Assembly: GCA_048938025.1 (NCBI GenBank) | Contig: JBHLMP010000004.1 | Location: forward strand, 32,001 to 96,000 | Origin: Promethearchaeota archaeon | GTDB taxonomy: Archaea > Asgardarchaeota > Lokiarchaeia > Sigyniarchaeales > SOKP01 | Direction of reading: 5' to 3' | DNA length: 64,000 nucleotides | Shown: positions 10,164 to 18,557 of the stretch, in pieces | How the letters are laid out: every line of letters starts with the position of its first letter | Position numbering within the stretch: position 1 is the first letter of the stretch | Position numbers and translations under genes: made by a program | The notes under the pieces: model-generated | Database searches by the model: none | Told to the model about the DNA's origin: nothing | Seen by the model: only the letters and a program-made list of their open reading frames with translations

Positions 10164-11078
10164 TTAAGCTAAATTAACTTTAATATCTTTCTTAATCATT
10201 AATTTTAGCACTGATTCCTTCCATTTGATTCTTTCATTTGAGTAAAGCTCTCTATAATAAGAAAATACATGGTCAAATTGTAGTGCCGATTTTAAGTTCT
10301 CAAGATATTTTTTTATCTGTCCTGTTCTTAACTCTCGTGGTATATATTGCTTTTTTAAAAGACCGATCCATATAGTTCCCACATCTCTTTCATAATCTAA
10401 AGCTGACATGTGGGGCATTAATTTCTCAATTAAATCATAAGGCTCCTCATCCAATAAAGGTTCAGCACTAATCGTAGTGGAAAAGCCTTCGTTTGTAGCA
10501 TGTTTAAGACTTTCTAATCTTTCCTCAAAGTTACTCCCAAAAGGCTCAAATAGTCTCAAAATATCAGAATTAACAGAACCAATAGTAAATCTAAATCCTA
10601 TAGTATCTTTGAATTTTTCAAAAATATTACATAATTTCTTTACGACAGCAAGATTTGGTTTAATAGTGATAAGAACTGTATTTTTTGCATTTAAACATTT
10701 TTTTAAAACTTTTATACATGCAGAAAAATAAGGTTCCTCAATAAAGATATTATGTGTAGTAGGAAACATAATATCCCATGGAACAGAAGTTTTTTTCTTT
10801 GATTTATCATATCTTTTTTTTACAGCATGGTCATTAACTCGCATTAACCTCCAAGAATCATCGGTATACCCTCTGTAATGTTTAGCCATAGCTTTAGCAT
10901 AACAATAAATGCATCCTATTCCACAGCCTTTAATGCAGTTCACATTCCTTCCTGCCCATTCTTTTGTACCCATTTTAAGTTTTTTTAATAAATTTTCTTT
11001 TTCTAGGGCTGTATAATTTGCTTTTAATTCTATAGCTTGGACATCGATTATAGATTTGTCTTTAGTAGATTCAATCAT
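10164..11078 (-). CDS. Radical SAM-type protein (DUF5131/SPL-like)
   Basis: GTKEWAGRNVNCIKGCGIGCIYCYAK contains CxxxCxxC; downstream FTIGS...FEP...ERLESL and SAEPLL. Confidence 0.8.
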   Translation of the reverse strand: MIESTKDKSIIDVQAIELKANYTALEKENLLKKLKMGTKEWAGRNVNCIKGCGIGCIYCYAKAMAKHYRGYTDDSWRLMRVNDHAVKKRYDKSKKKTSVPWDIMFPTTHNIFIEEPYFSACIKVLKKCLNAKNTVLITIKPNLAVVKKLCNIFEKFKDTIGFRFTIGSVNSDILRLFEPFGSNFEERLESLKHATNEGFSTTISAEPLLDEEPYDLIEKLMPHMSALDYERDVGTIWIGLLKKQYIPRELRTGQIKKYLENLKSALQFDHVFSYYRELYSNERIKWKESVLKLMIKKDIKVNLA

Positions 11079-11275
11079 TTTTTTAACACTTGATTTAATG
11101 TATATAAATTAAACTATTCTCATCTTCTTTTAAATAAAAAAACATGAGGATCATCTCTGGATATTATATTTGTTATATAAAAGTTAACAATAGATTTTTA
11201 AGTAAGATGGATATTATTAATTTTGTCAAGAGATAATTTTTAAGGGTAAGACCTCAGATTAAAATTGTTTTTGTT

Positions 11276-11283
11276 AAGGAGGA
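11276..11283 (+). promoter_or_regulatory. Shine-Dalgarno-like site
   Basis: aaggagga 4 nt upstream of the TTG start at 11288. Confidence 0.5.
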
Positions 11284-11287
11284 TATT

Positions 11288-12631
11288 TTGTTTGACTTAA
11301 AGTTTGAAGAGCATACTCAAGAGAAGTTAGATGAAATCAATTACTATTATAAAACTTGGTTTGGAATCGTAAAACAACAAAAGACATACATAATTGATGC
11401 ATATGCAGGTACAGGTTATAATGAGATTAAAGGAGAGAAAAATAAAAAATCCTTAGGTTCCGCATTGTTGGCAGTTGATTTATACAGATTAGATAGTCTC
11501 GATAACCTATATATTAAATTAATCAATATAAATAGTGAGGAAATCGATATCCTTGAGAAGAATATAAGAGATTTTATAAAAAATACAAAAATGAAACAAG
11601 ATATTATCAAAAGGATTGAAGTTATAAATGATGATTGGTCTAAGGTAATAGAAGATATCATTAATCAGACAAAGGATGGTATTCGTTTATTTTTACTTGA
11701 TCCTTATGGAGCAAAGTCATTATCATGGAAAGATGTCATACAAATTGCAAAAGAGGGTAAAAGCAAATTTGGATATAAGGAGAGTGGTACTGAAATCTTG
11801 ATTAATTGGGCATGGCACACGGTAAGACGGCTTTTGGGGAAATATTATAAGAGCAAAAGAGAGGCAGAAATTAATCACTATACAGAAGTTGATAATCTTG
11901 ATACTCTATTTGGTCCTTTTAATTGGAAACAAGTAGCTAATAGATATCCCGATACGATATTCACTGAAAAAGATATAGAGAAAATTAATCAATTAAAGAA
12001 TGAATTAGTTTTAGGTTATTCTTTGAATTTATTCGAGTTTTTTAGATATATTTGTATCCACCCTGTTTATGCAAGAGTTCAAACAAGCCGTAAACAGTAT
12101 AAAGAAAGGGGTGAAATTGTATATTATCTCATTTTTGCTTCAAATTATTATGATGCCCCCAAGATTATAGCAACTAAATTTAGAGAATATATAAATAAAG
12201 AAGTATATCTACCTAAAAGTCAACCAAGCTTGGAAAAATTTATTCCAATAAAAAATACAAGCAATAAACCTATCAAAAAAAGAATAACAATTAACGATAA
12301 AATAAAGAATTTAGAGAATAAATTAAAAAGAACATTTACAATAAAGCAAAAAAATATTATTAAACAGTTCTATAAAAGAAAATCTCAAGATTATGGATAT
12401 TTTGAGTTTTATCTATTAAAAGAAATTGGATGTGAAAAAAATAATAAAGAATTTCAGATATTAATAGATCTTGGGATTATATCAATGAGACAAAAAGAAT
12501 TTAGAACTTCAGAGGGGAGTGGTGAATATTATTACTTAGACCAAACTATGTTAGTAAATAGAGAAAATTATCTTTATTTTAACAAGAAGATATACAAGTT
12601 TCTTAATGGAAGATTAAAACAAGTTAAATAG
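11288..12631 (+). CDS. tcmP: Three-Cys-motif partner protein (TcmP-like, SAM-methyltransferase fold)
   Basis: HTQEKL, YIIDAYAGTG, GSALLA, LFLLDPYG, TEILIN, YYLIFAS motifs; adjacent to a three-Cys protein. Confidence 0.8.
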   Translation: MFDLKFEEHTQEKLDEINYYYKTWFGIVKQQKTYIIDAYAGTGYNEIKGEKNKKSLGSALLAVDLYRLDSLDNLYIKLININSEEIDILEKNIRDFIKNTKMKQDIIKRIEVINDDWSKVIEDIINQTKDGIRLFLLDPYGAKSLSWKDVIQIAKEGKSKFGYKESGTEILINWAWHTVRRLLGKYYKSKREAEINHYTEVDNLDTLFGPFNWKQVANRYPDTIFTEKDIEKINQLKNELVLGYSLNLFEFFRYICIHPVYARVQTSRKQYKERGEIVYYLIFASNYYDAPKIIATKFREYINKEVYLPKSQPSLEKFIPIKNTSNKPIKKRITINDKIKNLENKLKRTFTIKQKNIIKQFYKRKSQDYGYFEFYLLKEIGCEKNNKEFQILIDLGIISMRQKEFRTSEGSGEYYYLDQTMLVNRENYLYFNKKIYKFLNGRLKQVK

Positions 12632-12670
12632 TTATATTCCTTGATTTTTATTATGCAAAACAATCTTAAT

Positions 12671-13705
12671 CTAAAGATTTCTAAAGTAATTGTCTACTTC
12701 ATTTGGAGAAAAGCCTTCAATCTCTATATTTTTTGAGCTTAAAGGAATGTTATTTTTTTTTAATTCTTTAAAAATATTTTTAAAAAGCAGGATTTGGGAC
12801 TTATCAATCCAAAATTGTTCCAATTTTTTTATAAATTCACACCCTATATCTATTTGTTCTATCGGATTATTAGAAATATCAAATTCCTTTAAATCTTTTA
12901 TATTTATTATCTCAGAGGGGATAAAGCTTACATTATTCATTGGTAAATATAAAATCCTTAAATGAACCATTTTAAAGATAGAATTTGGAATGATATCAAG
13001 TTCTATGTTATTTAATTCTAAATGAACTATTTCCTTAAACATATTTAGTTTATCTATGAGATTTCCAATAGGATGATCATCAATATGTAAGCTACGAACA
13101 TTTCCATATACGATATAACATGAATTTGGAATACTGATTTGTTTTTTATAATCTAATATTATTGATAATTCAAAACCAAGTTTTTGATTTATCTTTTGAA
13201 TTAAATCGAATTCATCTGGAACAAGACCCATATATTGATATAGTTTATATCTTGTTCTAAGGAGACCATATCTCTCAAGAAGATTAATACCATCTCTGCA
13301 TTCAGAGATATATTTTTCTAAAGTGAATCTATCCCAATAATGTGTTATATATTGCCCTTCTTGATTAATAGCTTTAAAATTGTCTTGAACTGATGTACTT
13401 GGTATAGTTGTAGTGATTAAAAAATAACCATCCGTATTATGTATCTTACAAGCACTACGAATATCTCCGAGTTCAGACTCATAAACTGATTTATTTGAGA
13501 CAGCTTTATTTTTGCATTGTACTAAAAATTTATAATTCTGATGTCTACCAATTACATCCTTTACAGAATATCTAATTATAAGATCTTTTTTTCTATCTGG
13601 ACCTCTCGAAGGTCCTTCCACAATTTCAATCCCAATCGATTCTAATAAATCTCTACAGAAAAATTCAAAATCTTCCCCACTAAGACTACTGAAATCAATT
13701 GGCAT
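12671..13705 (-). CDS. Mrr-like restriction endonuclease fused to leucine-rich repeats
   Basis: N-terminal FEFFCRDLL...GPDRKKDLI...LVQCK; C-terminal LxxLxLxxNxLxxIP repeats (HLELNNIELDIIP, LRILYLPMNNVSFIP, LKEFDISNNPI). Confidence 0.8.
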   Translation of the reverse strand: MPIDFSSLSGEDFEFFCRDLLESIGIEIVEGPSRGPDRKKDLIIRYSVKDVIGRHQNYKFLVQCKNKAVSNKSVYESELGDIRSACKIHNTDGYFLITTTIPSTSVQDNFKAINQEGQYITHYWDRFTLEKYISECRDGINLLERYGLLRTRYKLYQYMGLVPDEFDLIQKINQKLGFELSIILDYKKQISIPNSCYIVYGNVRSLHIDDHPIGNLIDKLNMFKEIVHLELNNIELDIIPNSIFKMVHLRILYLPMNNVSFIPSEIINIKDLKEFDISNNPIEQIDIGCEFIKKLEQFWIDKSQILLFKNIFKELKKNNIPLSSKNIEIEGFSPNEVDNYFRNL

Positions 13706-14059
13706 AATTAAAACAAAATCTATATTCTTTTAAATATTTTTAATAAATTTTTGCATATTAAGGTTAAGCACCATAAAGAGACTCTAAAGTATGAAGGGAT
13801 ACTCCTTAATGATAAAGGGGGTTGCATCGCATTATAAGGGGGGACGTTGGGAGAGAGTGTTTATTATTTGGTATGAAATGTCTCGTTTATTTGATGATTC
13901 TTTCAGTAGTGATTTTGATAGTTACATCGTTAGTTTTTATTCGCTTTTCAATAATCTAAACACAATTCTTCATACTTTTTATAGAATACTTGTTTTTATC
14001 TTTATTGGATATATTAAAAATTAAAAAAATAGAATAGATCAAATAATTGCGATAATAAT

Positions 14060-14578
14060 ATGTATGGCAAAAAAGATGGAAAAAAGTTAAAAATTGTAGA
14101 TATTGGTCAAATTCTAAATATATTACAAACAAACTGGGACAGAGTTGAATTAACAGGTGATCAAATACCATGCTTTTTATCTAGATTGACATATAATACT
14201 GAATGTAAGGTATATGCTAGTGGCTACCAAGGACCAGATTATAGAAATTATGATTCAGAATATGGATGTCCAATAACAGCAGGAATCAGGGTTGCTCGTA
14301 AATCAAAAGGGATACCATCAGGGATTATGTGGAAATTTGATGACTATACTGTCTTCAGGAATAATGCTACAGGATTACAGTTCTTAGTTGCAGGACCTTA
14401 TAAACACCCAACTGAACATCACATTGGTGATCTTCCAGATGACTATAAATCCATAGAAATCTTTGAATTTAACTATCCTAATTGTCCAAGATGTGGTTTT
14501 AAATTAAATAGGGAATATCATTGTTGTGATAAATGTGGTTGGAATAAAAAAAACCCTAACCTTTCCCAAGTAGAATAA
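14060..14578 (+). CDS. Hypothetical protein with C-terminal zinc ribbon
   Basis: CPRCG...CDKCG at the C-terminus. Confidence 0.65.
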   Translation: MYGKKDGKKLKIVDIGQILNILQTNWDRVELTGDQIPCFLSRLTYNTECKVYASGYQGPDYRNYDSEYGCPITAGIRVARKSKGIPSGIMWKFDDYTVFRNNATGLQFLVAGPYKHPTEHHIGDLPDDYKSIEIFEFNYPNCPRCGFKLNREYHCCDKCGWNKKNPNLSQVE

Positions 14579-14585
14579 TTAATAG

Positions 14586-14614
14586 AAAAACAAGATTTAG
14601 AAATTCTTGTTTTT
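14586..14614. terminator. Hairpin between convergent genes
   Basis: aaaaacaaga / tcttgttttt 10-bp stem with 9-nt loop. Confidence 0.4.
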
Positions 14615-14648
14615 TCACAGGAATTTTCATTGAAATCAGACCCTTAAT

Positions 14649-15293
14649 TTATCTCTTCTTCAAATTCACCTCTTTTTTTAAAATATACTTGATTAGAAAA
14701 TCGAGATTTTCTTTTAAAGCATTTTGCCTTGATATAGTACTGCTTTTAACATTTTTGCCATTGAGTATATGGGCTATTTTTTTGGAAACATTTGAGTTTC
14801 CAAATCTTTCTTCAGATCTTAATTGGAGTTCCTGATTCTTTAGGATAATTATATATTCTTTAACAATCCTTTTTACCTTATTTAAATTATTAAATTGGAG
14901 CTTAAGTTGTTCTTCATAATAATTTTTCGTAATTCGATGAGTATTAGCATCAATTTCTTTCCGTTTTATGGCTTTATCTAAGTGTAAAATATATTGCTTC
15001 AATTTTTTTATTTGGTTTGATAATTCAAAAAAGTTATGTGAATCCTTTACTTGAGAAAGGATTATCTTCTTATTTTGGACAATCTCATTAGAAATTTTTT
15101 TTAACGCTTTAAGTTTAATTGAGAGATCCTCGTTGGGATTTTTTTTTATAGTTTTTTGCAATTTATGTAGCTTTTTGAGTAATATTTCTCTCTGATTATC
15201 AAGTTTATATATCTTATATAGTAAATCTAACTGTCTAAAACCTTCTTCTTCAGGTAATTGGTTATTTTGGTCAAAATTACTTGCTTTTATCAT
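14649..15293 (-). CDS. Basic coiled-coil hypothetical protein
   Basis: 214 aa, K/L/Q-rich heptads; follows 15328-18384 on the same strand. Confidence 0.55.
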   Translation of the reverse strand: MIKASNFDQNNQLPEEEGFRQLDLLYKIYKLDNQREILLKKLHKLQKTIKKNPNEDLSIKLKALKKISNEIVQNKKIILSQVKDSHNFFELSNQIKKLKQYILHLDKAIKRKEIDANTHRITKNYYEEQLKLQFNNLNKVKRIVKEYIIILKNQELQLRSEERFGNSNVSKKIAHILNGKNVKSSTISRQNALKENLDFLIKYILKKEVNLKKR

Positions 15294-15327
15294 TTTTTTT
15301 CACGCTTCTCTTTTTTTTCCTAATAAA

Positions 15328-18300
15328 TTATAGATCTTCATTACTCAATATATCATCAAATACATCTTTCATTTTTTTACCCTTTTTAATTTCTAATTCT
15401 AATTTTAAAGGTGTGTTTTCTTTTTTCCTTCTATATTTTTTTCCAAAAATCCATTTTGTAAACTTATTTGAAACAAATAAAGAAAATCCACAAATACCTA
15501 CAAAGATACATAAAGCTAGAATTGTCCAGAGAATTGAGGACTCTTGAGAAGTTCCTCCACCAGGATTGATGGGTTCAGAAGGATTTATTTCGTATTCATA
15601 TAAAATCATTCCATCAGGATGGAATCCATCATAAATTAAAAATTGAACAGAATATTCAATATCATCCAGATTTTCATAATACATTGTAAATTTGGACAAA
15701 TCTGAATAATCCTCTCTCTCAAGTTCAACAGATTCTACTAATAAGAAATTTCTATAAATATTCCCAATTATCATTGAATTGGATGCTGGATTTTGCCCTG
15801 ATGAAAATTCATAAGAGATATTCATCTCAAAGATGAGTTCTTGATGTTTATCTATTATTTTCAAGCCTGAATCATGAAACACATAGAATGTTCTAATATT
15901 AACTGGAACTTGCCCTAATTGCTCATAACCTTTATAGATCGCCACAACCCCTTCTACTTTTGGATGACAACTGGGATTTTCAGGTATTTTAAAATCTTTA
16001 TAATAAGTATTGTTTTCCAATTCCTCAAAATTAATTATTCCGAGCTGTAAGCTTTCAAAAACAACCGAAATGTCATCTCCAAAATCATCAATAATCAAAT
16101 TCTGAAATGAAACTGTAAGACTATTAACACCCCCTAAAATTATTTGTTCCATATATTCACATTCAATTTCTAATTCACTATTCAGAGCCATTTCGCAAAT
16201 CCAGAGAAAAAAATCTTGGTTAACTATTTGATAGTTTGAATTCATGTAAAACTCATTTAAATCTTCTGAATAAAGCAAATCAGCTAGATTTATTACTAAA
16301 TCATAATTGAATTCAAGACTAATATCCAAAATTTCTGAGATTTTGTATGAATAATAGATATTGTTTATTTTATTGTAGTTTATATTTTGTTGCACAAATT
16401 CTTTGATTTTTTGATTATTTAAATCATAAAGATCAAGTGCTTTTAAAACATATATCATGTAATAAGTGTTTTGTAAGATAATATCGATATTAGAGGTATA
16501 TTGAGGATCAAAATATAGTAAGGAGGAGGTTTCAACGATATTTCTTTGAATATATTCACGTAAAGCTACTTTATTAAAAGACAAATCAACAATATTTCCT
16601 AAATTCAGATGATCTACCAGCAATTCTAATGATTTTATCGCGTAATATGAATATTCAAAAAAGATTTTCTGTAATTGGCTTTCAAGGGAGAAAAAAGTAA
16701 ATCCATGCGTAGGTAAAAAAGCCCCGTACACTTCAGGAAATGAGGAATTTAGAAATTGTGATTGTGTGATGTCTTCAATTAAATTGGTTAAATCAACCTC
16801 TCCTCCAAAATCATCCAATTTAAATAGGGTATTCATTGAATTTAAGGCAAAGTACATAGATTTAAAGGAAGTAAAATAATCAATACTTGTAATGTAATTA
16901 TGATACCCTCTATTATAATATTCAATTGGGTACGAGCGAAATTCAGGCTTTAAACTATCTGCATTTATATAAGGTAGAAAAACATACCAATCTTTAGGAT
17001 AATTATTATACCTGAAAGAATTCTTTATTTCATTATATATACCTTGTATATTTAAATCTGAGACCCTATCAAATAATTGAAACGAAGAGATAATGGTATT
17101 AAGAAGATTAAGGGATGTATATTCTTGAGAGATAAGGGAAAATCCTTTAAGTTGATGATAATTATTAAGTGCTGTTAAAATCTCAGATTTGTCCAACGTA
17201 GTAAGGTTAAAAATTGCACCACTGTTATTTAAAGCTCGAATAACTTGGAAAAGATCCATTAACTCATGCATTGTAACTGTTGTAGAGGAATGCCACGTAC
17301 CTTGAGAATTTCTATTATCTAAAATGAAATTGATGACCGAAGTTTCATTTATACCTGAAAAGCCTGTCATTTTAGAAAGATCTAACCCAATTGTGGTTGC
17401 AATGAGATTAGTTATATTATGTTCAAAAACAGACATTTGAAAATAATTGTCATCTTTATATAACTCATTGAGAAATTGATGAAAGCTGTTACTGTTAATC
17501 GATTCTTCCATTCCAAAGATTTCTAATGTTTTGATACAGTAATAAGAAGAAAGAAGGTTGGGCTCATGGAGAGGCTTAATACTATCAAATAAACTATCTT
17601 TATCATTATAAAATCCTCCATATCTCCAATCAGTATTTATTGAATCTTGTAAGTCATTTATATGTTGTATTATCTCATTTTTTCGCACGGTATAACTAAT
17701 CCAATCTTCCATTAGCAAATTTAATGCCATAACTGCAAAATATGTATTATCCATTGTAGAAATTTTAAAAGAGTCTTCTAAATCTACATTATATGGTTGA
17801 CCGATAAAGCCAATTGTGATAGGATTATAACAACTCCAGATGAAATCGATAAATTTTTGTCTGTCGATTAAGTCTAATTTGTTTAAAATATGTAATGATA
17901 AAATAGCATAGCAATTGACTTCAAGGAGAGATGTCAAAGGATAATATGCTTGTGAGAAATCTGTGTCCAAGTATCGATAAGAATATTCATCGAAAAATAA
18001 ATTAGATTCTTGATTATAAGTAGAGATTATATAATTCGTTATTGTTGTTTTATTTATTTCACCTAAATTACCAAGAACATCAAGAATATACAACCCATAA
18101 TATGTAGCTTGTAGCGAAGGTTTATAAATTTGAGGAAAATAGGCATATAATTCATAATCACTAAGTTTTCTGTCAAAAATAGCTTCAATATTGTCCATAT
18201 TTCTACAGGTTGAAGCTTTTAGTTGATTTTTAGTTCTAGATTCTACTCTCTCATCATAATATTGGTGATCATTGACTGAATCTATTCTATATTTAATATT

Positions 18301-18384
18301 ATTAATTGGATACGTGAAAATAATTTGAGAAACTACAAATATTATTACCAATACAATAGTTTTATTCCTTTTCATGCTGACCAT
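15328..18384 (-). CDS. Membrane-anchored prenyltransferase/squalene-oxidase-repeat protein
   Basis: N-terminal signal peptide; repeats LQATYYGLYILDVLG, MDNTYFAVMALNLL, LLSSYYCIKTLEIFG; C-terminal TM helix plus basic tail. Confidence 0.7.
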   Translation of the reverse strand: MVSMKRNKTIVLVIIFVVSQIIFTYPINNIKYRIDSVNDHQYYDERVESRTKNQLKASTCRNMDNIEAIFDRKLSDYELYAYFPQIYKPSLQATYYGLYILDVLGNLGEINKTTITNYIISTYNQESNLFFDEYSYRYLDTDFSQAYYPLTSLLEVNCYAILSLHILNKLDLIDRQKFIDFIWSCYNPITIGFIGQPYNVDLEDSFKISTMDNTYFAVMALNLLMEDWISYTVRKNEIIQHINDLQDSINTDWRYGGFYNDKDSLFDSIKPLHEPNLLSSYYCIKTLEIFGMEESINSNSFHQFLNELYKDDNYFQMSVFEHNITNLIATTIGLDLSKMTGFSGINETSVINFILDNRNSQGTWHSSTTVTMHELMDLFQVIRALNNSGAIFNLTTLDKSEILTALNNYHQLKGFSLISQEYTSLNLLNTIISSFQLFDRVSDLNIQGIYNEIKNSFRYNNYPKDWYVFLPYINADSLKPEFRSYPIEYYNRGYHNYITSIDYFTSFKSMYFALNSMNTLFKLDDFGGEVDLTNLIEDITQSQFLNSSFPEVYGAFLPTHGFTFFSLESQLQKIFFEYSYYAIKSLELLVDHLNLGNIVDLSFNKVALREYIQRNIVETSSLLYFDPQYTSNIDIILQNTYYMIYVLKALDLYDLNNQKIKEFVQQNINYNKINNIYYSYKISEILDISLEFNYDLVINLADLLYSEDLNEFYMNSNYQIVNQDFFLWICEMALNSELEIECEYMEQIILGGVNSLTVSFQNLIIDDFGDDISVVFESLQLGIINFEELENNTYYKDFKIPENPSCHPKVEGVVAIYKGYEQLGQVPVNIRTFYVFHDSGLKIIDKHQELIFEMNISYEFSSGQNPASNSMIIGNIYRNFLLVESVELEREDYSDLSKFTMYYENLDDIEYSVQFLIYDGFHPDGMILYEYEINPSEPINPGGGTSQESSILWTILALCIFVGICGFSLFVSNKFTKWIFGKKYRRKKENTPLKLELEIKKGKKMKDVFDDILSNEDL

Positions 18385-18557
18385 TTTCCTATTTTATTAT
18401 CATTTTTTGTTTAACCACTTTTATGTTGGTTATATTTAAATGAAAAAGAAAAGTATTGGACATTTTTGTAAGTCTTTAATTTTGTTTTTTTGTTTATAAA
18501 TAAATAACAGAATTAAGGTGAAATTAACTATAAATTAATTTTTACAACAGGAATAAA

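Noticed and set aside
11204-11215. 12-nt match (aagatggatatt) to the acs tail
   Set aside because: Too short to be significant in AT-rich DNA; flanks do not align.
13791-14024. 77-aa ORF and G-rich patch near 13795-13860
   Set aside because: No protein motif, tRNA cloverleaf or convincing fold; possibly decayed sequence.
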